Shown: positions 1 through 11,304, numbered from the whole stretch's first letter. The stretch: DNA of 63,890 nt, filler included, from Octopus bimaculoides (GCF_001194135.2; 4 parts of 3 records of this genome joined end to end with filler, not necessarily neighbours in it); one strand, 5' to 3'. Notes: generated by a model from the sequence alone, not told the origin. Numbers and translations: made by a program.

Positions 1-119
1 AGAATAAGTTACTAGGCTTACAAAGAATAAGTCCTGGGGTCGATTTGTTCGACTAAAGGCGATGCTCCAGCATGGCCACAGTCAAATGACTGAAACAAGT
101 GAAAGAGTAAAAGAGTAAA
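1..119 (+). mobile_element. 3' end of SINE family A, truncated by the window edge
   Basis: Same tail (gaataagtcctggggtcgatttg...gactgaaacaagt + short purine repeat) as the complete copies at 4926-5468 and 6903-7310. Confidence 0.85.
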
Positions 120-581
120 TGCCCAAAGAACAAATTGAATAACAACATTCTGTGTAATTTTTCCGAAATTTCCATTTCGGACCGTTACGTAATACCTTCA
201 AACAGTGGTGTAACGTGGGTTTTGGTCACCCACTTCTTTAAATGTAGCATACCTTCAACACAGGCTTGCCATATCCCCATCCCCACCCCTACCCGCTTCT
301 CCCCCAAAGTGGCCGTTCTTTGCGGTCTGCAGACCCCGCACACCCCACTCTTCACTACTACTTACAAATGAAAATACAACACACAGACGGCTTTTGTGTT
401 TTGTGCATTCATCTAATACAGCTGCTTGTTAATAAATAATGCAGCATTTTCCCCACTGTTAAGGCGGTCAAACAGCAGCTCGTGAGCCGCAAGCAGCTCT
501 CTGCTTTATTATGTGCTGCTCACGAAATATTATGCTTAAGTGATTTATGTTCTAAAACAGCTTTAATATCCTGTTAATCGA

Positions 582-710
582 AGGCGGCGAGCTGGCAGAC
601 TCGTTAGTACGTCGGACAAAATGCTTGACTGTATTTCTAACTACTTTACGTTATACGTACAAATTCCATCGCGGTCGGCTATCCCTCTCAGGGGCCGATG
701 TAAGAAACTG
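582..710 (+). mobile_element. Degraded SINE family B (tRNA-derived head)
   Basis: Starts aaggcggcgagctggcagactcgttag, matching the family B head seen at 2331, 21945 and in minus-strand copies. Confidence 0.7.
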
Positions 711-718
711 CCCTTCCC

Positions 719-1110
719 CAGGGTCGGATTAAGGCCCTAAGCACTTATAACATTTTGGTACCCCCATATATATGTCATTGAAAATATAAACCGTAAAATA
801 AATTTTTATTTTTCAAAATGAAACGAAATTTGCAGAAAGATGGAAAATATTTATTTTTGTATACTTCCATTTTATTTATACCTGAAAAATTTTCTCCTAT
901 GTTTTTTTAATTACGAAGTCTTTGATCAGATCCTCAAAATTAATCTTACGTAACATATTTACTTCTATACATAGTAGCGATAAGGCATCCCGAATATTAT
1001 TTTAGCAGGTTCAAAGTGATTTCTTTTGTGCCGTAAATCATTTACCATTTTCTGTGACGCCTCTTGATGCACGTGTTTATTTCGCTTAGAGGTTAATCGA
1101 GTGCTGCCAC
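719..1110 (-). mobile_element. hAT (Tip100-like) DNA transposon remnant: one TIR plus the transposase C-terminal dimerisation segment
   Basis: cagggtcggattaagg at 719 resembles CAGGGCCGGATT-type hAT termini. Minus strand 992-897 translates RDALSLLCIEVNMLRKINFEDLIKDFVIKKT, like the hAT C-terminal motif (L..LSIE.D..R.+DF++LI.DFA.KK). Confidence 0.7.
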
Positions 1111-1159
1111 ACCTCAAAATTGCTAGCCTGCACCTATTGTAAAAATAATTATTTATTAT

Positions 1160-1320
1160 GAGACGAACTGGCAGAATCGGTAGCACACCGAGCAAAATTT
1201 TTAACGATATTTCTTCCGGTTTTACGTTACGAATTCAAATTCGGCTGAGGTCGATTTTGCCTTTACAGAATCGATAAAATTATGACTAGTTAAGGCACTG
1301 TGAACGATGTAATCCAGTAA
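1160..1320 (+). mobile_element. Degraded SINE family B
   Basis: gaactggcagaatcggtagcacaccgagcaaaa...aattcaaattcggctgaggtcgattttgcctt matches family B. Confidence 0.7.
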
Positions 1321-1857
1321 CACACTCTCCCAAAATTTCAGGCCTTGTCATACATGTAGTAGTAAAAGATTCTACCAACAGAATTTCAAAGTTATTAACT
1401 TCAAAAATTAAGACGCAGTAAAAGCATTCAACACAAGCAAAGGTAAGAAAATATATTCAAGCGAGTAGAATTACATTGCGGTATATTTTCTTATTTATAA
1501 AATCTGCAGCAAGAAGTTGGCTGAGAACCAAAGTTCTCAGATTTTCCCACTCTAGAATCACGGCCTAACGTATTTCCATAAAAAGGAAAAGAGTCGCCAT
1601 AAAAGGTAATAACATCTACTCAAAAATGGTTTGACCAATCGGCACTAACTGATCTAGTTATGGCTGAGGCGACAACATCATAGGAAATGTGCAAGTTTTC
1701 CCGCCAAAACGGATTCTAGAACCTTCTGGGGCGGAAGTTATTTAAGGGCGAGCTAATTCAAATTAAAGGTCTTTGTAAAGAGCTCCCCCCACACCGTATG
1801 GTAGTCTAATATCTGACTTATGTCTTTTTCCTATTCCATGCCTTTATTAGTAGTGTC

Positions 1858-2245
1858 GTGGAGGCGCAATGGCCCAGTGGTTAGGGTAGCGGACTCGCGG
1901 TCATAGGATCGCGGTTTCGATTCCCAGACCGGGTGTTGTGAGTGTTTATTGAGCGAAAACACCTAAAGCTCCATGAGGCTCCGGCAGGGGTGGTGGTGAA
2001 CCCTGCTGTACACTTTCACCACAACTTTCTCTCACTCTTACTTCCTGTTTCTGTTGTGCCTGTAATTTCAAAGGAGCCAGCCTTGTCACACTCTGTGTCA
2101 CGCTGAATATCCCCGAGAACTACGTTAAGGGTACACGTGTCTGTGGAGTGCTCAACCACTTGCACGTTAATTTCACGAGCAGGCTGTTCCGTTGATCGGA
2201 TCAACTGGAACCCTCGTCGTCGTAAGCGACGGAGTGCCAACACAC
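1858..2245 (+). mobile_element. Full-length SINE family C (tRNA-derived) with 12-bp TSD
   Basis: A-box TGGCCCAGTGG and B-box GTTTCGATTCC. TSD attagtagtgtc at 1846-1857 and 2246-2257. Nearly identical to copies at 15005, 19172 and 20373. Confidence 0.95.
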
Positions 2246-2330
2246 ATTAGTAGTGTCAATCAACGAATATTCATTATATGCTGAGCTTAATATGTCTTGT
2301 ACGACTTCCACAATATTAATTTATTATATT

Positions 2331-2550
2331 AAGGCGGCAAGCTGGCATAATCGCTAGCATGCTGGGCAAACTGCTCAGCAGCGGGTCATCAGCCTTTACG
2401 GTCTGAGTTCAAACTCTGCGGTGGTCGATTTTACCTTTCATCCCTTCGTGGTCGGTAAAATAAGTACCAGTTGAGCATTGGAGTCGATGTAATCTACTTT
2501 ACGCCCTCACCCAAAATTACTGAACTTGTGCCAAAATTTGAAATCAATAT
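2331..2550 (+). mobile_element. Full-length SINE family B
   Basis: Head aaggcggcaagctggcataatcg, B-box-like gagttcaaac. Direct repeat caatattaatttatta at 2311-2326 and 2545-2560. Confidence 0.85.
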
Positions 2551-2799
2551 TAATTTATTAGATGTACATTTATAAACTCAGCAAGGCAGGTAAATATAAC
2601 ATTTGGAAACTTTGACGAAGCTTCGTAATTATTTTCAAAACAAGGTTTACCTGATATTGAAGGCTATTAAAGAAGAATACAGGGCCACAAACCGCATTAA
2701 AATCGTATACTGAAGCTTTTTATGTAACAAAAACATCGTATGCGTCTCTTCTTATTGAACAACCCGTTCATTCTCTGCTCTGTACCTTCTATGTTCTTG

Positions 2800-3196
2800 T
2801 TTTATCTTATTTCAGTCATTTGACTGCGGCCATGCTAGAGCACAGCCTTTAGTCGAGCAAATAGAATTCAGGACTTATTCTTTGTAAGCCTAGTACTTAT
2901 TCTATCAATCTCTTTTGCCGAACTGCTTATTACGGGGACGTAAACACACCAGCATCAGTTGTCAAGCGACGTTGGGGGGGGGGGGACAAACACAGACACA
3001 CAAACATATATACATACATACATATATATATATATGACGGGCTTCTTTCAGTTTCCGTCTGCCAAATCCACTCACAAAGTTTTGGTCAGCCCAAGGTTAT
3101 AGTAGAAGACACTTGCCCAAAGTGCCACACAATGAGACTGAACCAGGAACCATGTGGTTGGTAAACAAGCTACTTACCGCACAGCTACTCCTGCGC
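2800..3196 (-). mobile_element. Full-length SINE family A with internal (TA/CA) microsatellite
   Basis: Reverse complement of the family A structure: tRNA-like head, ccttgggcaagt CORE-like motif, internal microsatellite, gactgaaa tail. Confidence 0.9.
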
Positions 3197-3499
3197 TTAT
3201 GTTTGAGTTTACAGGATGTGTTATCTTTAAAAAATTTGCTTTTCGCTAACGCAAGAAATTTTGGCTGTCACAGGTTTAGTTGCGTTTCGTTGAACTGAAA
3301 TATTCGCTATAAAGATTTTATTTTTATATCACAAGACTCACTTAGCATTGTTGTTTTAATACCATCGTGGAGAGGGAATTGGAAAAAAAATCGCTATATT
3401 GGTATTCGTTATAATGGAATTTCCCCTTGACACACACATCTGTATATATGATGATGTTAGTCTCTCGTAGTCCGAGAAATACGGTTCTGCTGCAGTTTC

Positions 3500-3749
3500 T
3501 TATTGAACGACCTGCACAAATGATTTGTTTATAGTGATCAAATGTAAGTGTTGTGCATTAGCTTACTCCCTCCATTATGTTGGCGTTGTCTGTACAGGGG
3601 CGCGGTGTACCACATATCAGGTATCGAGGTGATCGCAGAGCAACGTGAGATGAAGTGCTTTGCTCACGAGCATAACACCACTCGTTCCAGGAAATGAAAC
3701 CACGATCTAGCGATCGTAACATCCTAACCGCTAGGCCATGCGCCCTCAC
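3500..3749 (-). mobile_element. SINE of a fourth tRNA-derived family (D), degraded
   Basis: Minus strand begins gtgagggcgcatggcctagcggttagg...gtggtttcatttcctgg (A/B boxes), followed by gagcaaagcacttcatctcacgttgctc. Confidence 0.6.
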
Positions 3750-4925
3750 ACTTTGTATATATACATATATAAAAAAGAATATATATATCTGCATGTAGGT
3801 TTCGTAAAACAAACAGAATGAATAGAAATCTGTGCACGAGTATATATATTTTAATCAGCAGAAATTACAAAATGACTCAAAGGCCGAGAGTTTCCTGCAT
3901 AACGCCTATCCAAGTGCCATGAACGAAATTCTCAGCGCTTGAGTCACTCTTGTAAATCCTGCCGATGGAAAATAATTAAAGACGGCCTAGCTCAATATTG
4001 GACGAAAGCAAAGTATCTAAGTAAAGATAGATGTATTCATACATCCAACACGAATCGAGTTCATTTCCCGCCAAATCTCTCAATGTATCTATTTATATAC
4101 AGTCATATTATGTAGCGACTTGTTGCGGTTTCAGTCTGAATGTAACTATTAAATATTAATATTTATAAGTCACTGTAATCATAGATGGGACAGGAGTTTC
4201 CTAACTGTAAGACATTATTTCCCACCTAAATTTCTGCCATTAGAATGTTACCAATCCAACTGTATTTCTGAAGTATAGATGTAGCCCAGCTCGTTAATTG
4301 TTTTTGTTTTAGTTTTCTAAGAACTCTAAATATTTTTGAATGATTGTATACAGTATATTTCCGCAGTCTATTGTTTGATCATGTTGTTAACTGTTTTGAT
4401 ATCTTGTGTGTAGTATAACTGCATAGACTTACAAAAGTTGTAGCTTCTCAACGTTATTATCTCCACCGCCGCCTCTGCTACCATTACCTACTACCGCCGA
4501 ATGGTCTGAAATAATTCGGTCTTTCAAGCTTTCGTTATTGCGTCATTTGAATTGGGCCTTCTCGCGTTCAAGCCAATGACTCAGAAACACTAACTGGGGC
4601 AGCTCTCGTTACGTAATAGCTTTCGTAGATTAAACTCGTAACCTACCAGTATCTACGATACGGAAACAAAAACACTTGAAACCGAAACTCTCTCTTTTGC
4701 GCAAGTGTTGACAAAACATGATTGCTTCTAACCGTACTGGATGCTTTTGCGTGTTCTCTTGATTTGCTGGAAAGAGCAGCCAATTCTTCCTCAAGTGTCG
4801 CAGTCTTCTTAAATAAGAGCAAATATGTTGGATAATGTGCTCTAGATCATGAAGAACAATTACATATGGGATGTTCATGGCTGGAACGCTTTTGGTCATA
4901 GATATGAAATAGATAAATATATTAG

Positions 4926-5225
4926 GGCAGGAGTGGTTGTGTGGTAAGTAGCTTGCTTACCAACATCATGGTTCTGGGTTCAGTCCCACTGCGTAGCACC
5001 TTGGGCAAGTATCTTCTGCAATAGCCTCGGGCCGACCAAAGCCTTGTGAGTGGATTTGGTAGACGGAAACTGAAAGAAGCCCGTTATATATATANNNNNN
5101 NNNNNNNNNNNNNNNNNNNNNNNNNNNNNNNNNNNNNNNNNNNNNNNNNNNNNNNNNNNNNNNNNNNNNNNNNNNNNNNNNNNNNNNNNNNNNNNNNNNN
5201 NNNNNNNNNNNNNNNNNNNNNNNNN

Positions 5226-5267
<42 letters not shown>

Positions 5268-5468
5268 TGTGTGTCTATGTTTGTCCCTCCACCATCACTC
5301 GACAACCTATGTTTGTGTTTACGTCCCCATAACAAGCGGTTTGGCAAAAAGACACCGATAAAATAAGTACTAGGCTTACAAAGAATTAAGTCCTGGGGTC
5401 AATTTGTTTGACTAAAGGCAGTGCTCCAGCGTGGCCACAGTCAAATGACTGAAACAAATAAAAGAAAT
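4926..5468 (+). mobile_element. Full-length SINE family A; internal (TA)n contains an assembly gap
   Basis: Head ggcaggagtggttgtgtggtaag, B-box ggttcagtccc, internal (TA)n/N, complete 3' half. Confidence 0.9.
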
Positions 5469-5469
5469 A

Positions 5470-5630
5470 AAGGAAAGACAGATAGACAGACTGAGAGATA
5501 GAGAAATAGACAGAGAGAGGGACTGAGTGGCAGATAGGTAGAAAGATAAATAGACAGGGAGACAGATATCTATCTGTCCCCCAGACAGAGATGCAGAGGT
5601 AGATAGACAGATGGAAAGAAAGAAAATTAA

Positions 5631-5680
<50 letters not shown>

Positions 5681-6240
5681 GTAGAAAAGCCGATAAATAC
5701 GTGTGTATGTATGAGTGTGTGCCTTAGTGGGTGAGTGCGTAATATCTGTGTGTGTGTGTTGTTATATGAATATATAAATACACACACATATACACACGTA
5801 TATTTAATGTCTGTGTGTCTATATATATATATATATGTGTGTGTGTGTACGTGTATGTGAGTGTGTGTGTGTGTGTGTGTATAATTAGATAGATGTGCAT
5901 ACGTATGCAGTCATTGACATACACGTACAAAACAAAAGAGGGACAGAGAAATAGAGAGCATGCGTATATGTATGTATGTATGTATGTATATGCATGTATG
6001 TGTATACATATATGTATACGTATGTATGCTTTTACGTATGTATGCTTTTACGTATGTATGCTTTTACGTATGCATATGTATGTAGGTACGGCTGTATGAA
6101 TGTTTGTCTGCATGTATGTATTGAGGTAGGTATGTATGTATGCGTGTATTCATGTATGTATTCATGTATGCACGCTTGCATATATGTGTATGCATATATG
6201 TATATGTACGTATGTATGCATATATGTGTATGTATATACA
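5470..6240. repeat. Compound microsatellite/low-complexity tract (GATA/GACA, GA, TG, TATG)
   Basis: Visible tandem di- and tetranucleotide runs. Confidence 0.9.
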
Positions 6241-6604
6241 TGGACTGATAACTGAACAGAACAGTATATCTGATACTGATAATGAATACTGGAATTTTAA
6301 AAAATAATAATAACATAAAACGAAGACATAGATATCGTTAATTGAATATTGTAACAATAACTGTTAAGGAAATGTAGAAGCCTTTGAAATTTAAAAGTTT
6401 GGTAAGAATTTGAAAACCTCTTCTTATGAATGAAGAGTTTGGAAAATATAGGACACAGGAATTTACTAAAGAAATTAGATTATATCAAGAATGAAAGCAT
6501 CATAACTATACAGTTCTATTTGTAATTCCTAGCCAACAAAAAGATTTCGCAAACCGTAGGAACCAAGCAAGAACGGTTAGAGGGGTCGTGAGCCGAAGAA
6601 TATA

Positions 6605-6783
6605 TGAGGGGGTGCAGAAAAGTTCCTGAAAATAACAGAAGGATCAGTAAATTATGATAGCATTCAACATATTTTCCTCTCAAATTCACACACTTATTGC
6701 AGCGGCTCTTCAGTTTTTCTAAGCCCTGTAGAAGAATTCAGAAAGTTGGGCCTCGAAGCAAGCCTTTTCACGATACCCTTAAA
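6605..6783 (-). mobile_element. Mariner-derived MITE (one TIR kept) containing the transposase C-terminus
   Basis: ta|tgagggggtgcagaaaagttcctg TIR. Minus strand reads GLEKLKSRCNKCVNLRGKYVE (mariner C-terminal GI.KL..RW.KC+...G.YVE). Homologous to 23037-23224. Confidence 0.8.
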
Positions 6784-6902
6784 ATCCCCTTGTATATTCT
6801 TTATTCAAAGCAAATGATTGAGCCTTCGCTTGTTAGCAATAGCAACCATCATCAATCAGAAGCATCTCTAGCAATGCAAATATTATCGCTTGCACAAATG
6901 CA

Positions 6903-7310
6903 ATTCTTTTATTCTTTTATTTGTTTCAGTCGTTTGACTGCGGCCATGCTGGAGCACTGCCTTTAGTCGAACAAATCGACCTCAGAGCTTATTCTTTGTA
7001 AGTTTAGTACTTAATCCTATCGGTCTCTTTTGCCGAACCGCTAAGTTATAGGGACGTAAACACCAACAGCGGTTGTCAAGCGATGTTGAGAGGGTGGGGC
7101 AAACACAGACACACAAACATATACATGCATACATATATATATATACACGAAGGGCTTCTTTCAGTTTCCGTCTACCAAATACACTCACAAGGCTTTGGTC
7201 GGCCCGTGGCTACAGTAAAAGACACCTGCCCAAGGTGCCACGCAGTAGGACTGAACCCGAAACCATGTGGTTGGGAAGCAAGCTTCTTACCATACAACCA
7301 CTCCTGTATA
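6903..7310 (-). mobile_element. Full-length SINE family A
   Basis: Reverse complement of the family A structure with a short internal microsatellite. Confidence 0.9.
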
Positions 7311-8242
7311 TGTTTTGTTTATATGCGAAATATGCTGCGGGATAGCACCCAGGGAAAGCCCCCTACACGACGTCGTGTGTTAAAAAAACACCGAAAATCA
7401 CCGACCACGCAAGACAGCTCACCTCGGATGCTGAGAATGGTAGATATCCGATATTTCGCTATTATTATGGCTTATCAATACCATGTACTGCGATTATCTC
7501 GAAACGATGTGAATCGCTGGTCTGTGACCTTGTGTATGCAAATACAGTGAAGTTTATTTGTCTATTTGCTGATGTGCTGCAACGTATAAACAAATTTGGC
7601 GTAGCAACAAAACACGAACATTAAGTGTATGTCACCAATAATGGTTATATTACTAGAGCTGCTTTTAATACGGAATTTAGTTTTCTTTCACATGAGCTAC
7701 ACCGCAGCACATCAGCAAATAGACTTCACTGTTTGGCTTCTATTTGTAACGGTAAGGCCACCATCAGAAATTTTGCAAAACGAACAAATATTGGTTTGGG
7801 GCCCCCAGGGTCGGAGCAGGTCTTCTCTGACGTCAAAAGAACTATGTGTTTTTTTCTCTTTCTGAGGGAAAGGGAGGAGCAACACTCGTCTGATTTTCAT
7901 GTGTTCTTCCTTCTCTCTTTAGACCCACGGATAGGTCCTTTGCAGCAGGTCAGACCCAGCCATTACGTGGGAAAAGGCGACGCTTTGGTATATCATAACG
8001 GATATATTGTAAGGTCGGTATGGTTACTCCCACACACAAAGATTAAGCAAAGCCAAATTTTAAAAAATTTTGAGTATTTCTGTGTTAGTCGTTGGGAGAC
8101 TTCCGAGGAAAGTGTAAAAAAAAAAAAGGCGTCCTTTCATTCGACATTCCAGACAATGTATTCCTTTCATTCATTTAGTAATTTCAGCAAATGAATGAGA
8201 CACATCAAAGCTGCGACGAGCGTCTTCAAGAGTAGAGTTTTG

Positions 8243-8278
<36 letters not shown>

Positions 8279-8429
8279 TTTTTCTTGGTCGCTAATCAAG
8301 TCAGCTGAGATGCAAGTGTGACTTCCTTTTGAAATAGATTTGCAAAAGCTTCTTAACTAGCATCGTAGTAGATGCACGGTTATTTTCAAAGTCTTTCTTT
8401 TTTTTATAAAAATGCGTCTTCCATGCTAC

Positions 8430-8484
<55 letters not shown>

Positions 8485-8734
8485 TAGAGAGGGGTATTCT
8501 CTGTATAGAATACACTTCGTAGTGCTCAAGAGATTTGAACTTTGACCATGTAGAGAAGTAAATGTAAGGACAAGCAAATAAGGCAAGTCGATATACAAAA
8601 AGCATTAAATGCATTTAATACAAAAAATGTACATATGTATACATATAAAAAAAAATCCGACTTACACAGAATGGAAACATACACACACAATATCAGCCCC
8701 GAAATAAAACTCAGTAACAAAGGAGTAATCAAGA

Positions 8735-8950
8735 AGACCCTTTCTTACTTTGGCACACGGCCAACAATTCTGAGGGGCGAGAAAGTCGATTACATCAACC
8801 CCATTGCTCAACTGTTACTTATTTTATCGATCAAAACAGGATGAAAAGCAAAGTCAACCTCGCCGGAATTTCAACTCAGAACATTAAGACGGACGAAATG
8901 CTGCTTAACATTTTGTTCGGCGGGCTAACGATCCGGCCAGCTCACCGATT
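8735..8950 (-). mobile_element. SINE family B
   Basis: Reverse complement of family B (gtcaacctcgccggaatttcaactcagaac...gccagctcacc). Confidence 0.8.
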
Positions 8951-8958
8951 TAATAGTA

Positions 8959-9041
<83 letters not shown>

Positions 9042-9045
9042 AATT

Positions 9046-10430
9046 TTTTGTTATTGGCCACAGAGGCTAATATAAATCGAAAACATGAAAGGACAACACA
9101 GAGACGATATACAAAGGGTTTTGCAAGAAAAGGTCCGTGTAAACATTTGATAAGAAAAATATAAAAAGTAAANNNNNNNNNNNNNNNNNNNNNNNNNNNN
9201 NNNNNNNNNNNNNNNNNNNNNNNNNNNNNNNNNNNNNNNNNNNNNNNNNNNNNNNNNNNNNNNNNNNNNNNNNNNNNNNNNNNNNNNNNNNNNNNNNNNN
9301 NNNNNNNNNNNNNNNNNNNNNNNNNNNNNNNNNNNNNNNNNNNNNNNNNNNNNNNNNNNNNNNNNNNNNNNNNNNNNNNNNNNNNNNNNNNNNNNNNNNN
9401 NNNNNNNNNNNNNNNNNNNNNNNNNNNNNNNNNNNNNNNNNNNNNNNNNNNNNNNNNNNNNNNNNNNNNNNNNNNNNNNNNNNNNNNNNNNNNNNNNNNN
9501 NNNNNNNNNNNNNNNNNNNNNNNNNNNNNNNNNNNNNNNNNNNNNNNNNNNNNNNNNNNNNNNNNNNNNNNNNNNNNNNNNNNNNNNNNNNNNNNNNNNN
9601 NNNNNNNNNNNNNNNNNNNNNNNNNNNNNNNNNNNNNNNNNNNNNNNNNNNNNNNNNNNNNNNNNNNNNNNNNNNNNNNNNNNNNNNNNNNNNNNNNNNN
9701 NNNNNNNNNNNNNNNNNNNNNNNNNNNNNNNNNNNNNNNNNNNNNNNNNNNNNNNNNNNNNNNNNNNNNNNNNNNNNNNNNNNNNNNNNNNNNNNNNNNN
9801 NNNNNNNNNNNNNNNNNNNNNNNNNNNNNNNNNNNNNNNNNNNNNNNNNNNNNNNNNNNNNNNNNNNNNNNNNNNNNNNNNNNNNNNNNNNNNNNNNNNN
9901 NNNNNNNNNNNNNNNNNNNNNNNNNNNNNNNNNNGACGCCTAGAGTTTTCCTGAGAACGTCGTCTCACTTTTCCTGCACTAACTTATAGAACACCAGAGT
10001 GGAACAACTACCGATCGCATTGCCCGCCTGGTGGAGCACGTTGAGTGCCTGACGTTGAGTGCCTGACGGCACTCGAGGCGCCAAGCACCCTTTCTCGGTC
10101 TACGCTTGATTCAAGATTGCTGCTTGGTGAAAGAGACGAGCTGTGGAAAGGAGAGTCTGACGAACGGCGACCACACCTGCTCACCGTCCAGGAAACGCTT
10201 GAGATGACGTAGCCTGAGCGTTTGTCTGCACATCAGCAACCACGGCATGCCAAGGCCTCCGTTCAGGAGATGGAGTGCCTAACCAGTGGTACCTGCCCCT
10301 TCCACAGAAAATGGAAGAGCAAGCGCACCAGCGGTCGGGACAAGGAACGACTGTCAAGCGGTAATAGATAACGGATGTGATGTAAGCCTTTATTCTGTCG
10401 TAGAATGCCTTTTGCCCGGCTGTCATGTTA
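9046..10430 (-). mobile_element. 5'-truncated Tx1/L1-type LINE spanning an assembly gap: ORF2 C-terminal fragment plus 3' tail in an (AAT)/(GAT) tract
   Basis: Minus strand 10430-9935 translates YRLTVVPCP...RLLFHFLWKGQVPLVR..NGGLGMPWL...RLRHLKRFLDGEQVWSPFV (L1/Tx1 post-RT motifs FLWKG, GGLG.P). 9046-9110 reverse complement ends agcctctgtggccaataac next to the microsatellite. Joining across the gap is inferred. Confidence 0.75.
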
Positions 10431-10523
10431 CCATTAGTTTTATTGTCTTCAGTTTCATTACCAACGTATTGCCTGCTTTCAAATAAAGAATAACCAGTAA
10501 TTAAGAACTATCCGTGAGTCTTC

Positions 10524-10569
<46 letters not shown>

Positions 10570-10571
<2 letters not shown>

Positions 10572-10775
10572 TTCTACTAAAGGCACAAGGCCTGAAATTT
10601 TCGGGGAGGAGACTAGTCAAATACATCGATCTCAGTGTTTCACTGGTACTTAAATTTATCCACCTCTAAAGGATGAGAGGTAAAGTTGACCTCGGCGGAA
10701 TTTGAACTCAGAACGTAGCGACAGACGAAAATGCCGCTCAGTATTTTGCCCGGTGTACTAACGATTCTGCCTGCA
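10570..10775 (-). mobile_element. SINE family B with (ATT)n tail
   Basis: Reverse complement of family B; (AAT)n at 10525-10570 lies at its 3' end. Confidence 0.85.
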
Positions 10776-11304
10776 ACAAAGAAAAACAGAAAGCTAACAA
10801 ACGTTTGTATTTAACATGAACCGTAACAACTAACAATAAAATACTGTGTGGAGTATTCAAATCTTAACATGACGGTTACATCACATTCCATGTGATTATG
10901 ACGTCGTACTATTAAAAGAATGAATCTGAGAGACGTTTTGTTTTTTATTGTTTTGCTTTGTTTCATGTGTTGATAGGACTGACTGCTGGATGAAGTCTGA
11001 CTAACGACCTGAGGCAGATAGATTGATAAATATGTCTCTATGTCTATGAGTTTATATAGATTATATAGATTGTATATATTATGTGTGCGAGCGTGCGTAT
11101 TCATACTTAAATAGATATAATCTATATACACACATATACACATACATATATGCAAATGTATCTTTGTACGTATACACATACATGCACACACATACACACC
11201 CCTCATACACACAAACGTATGTTTGCACACATGTAATGAATATATATTTTATATATTCATATATGTACATCTATATACTTAAATATATATTATATATAAT
11301 ATAT

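Noticed and set aside
200-530. hAT-like motifs (cagtggtgtaacgtggg; gcggctcacgagc)
   Set aside because: Isolated short motifs without matching ends or coding remnants; no element could be delimited
1858-1935. tRNA-like sequence with A and B boxes (also at other SINE heads)
   Set aside because: These are SINE heads followed by SINE bodies and TSDs, and they do not form a full cloverleaf; no true tRNA gene called
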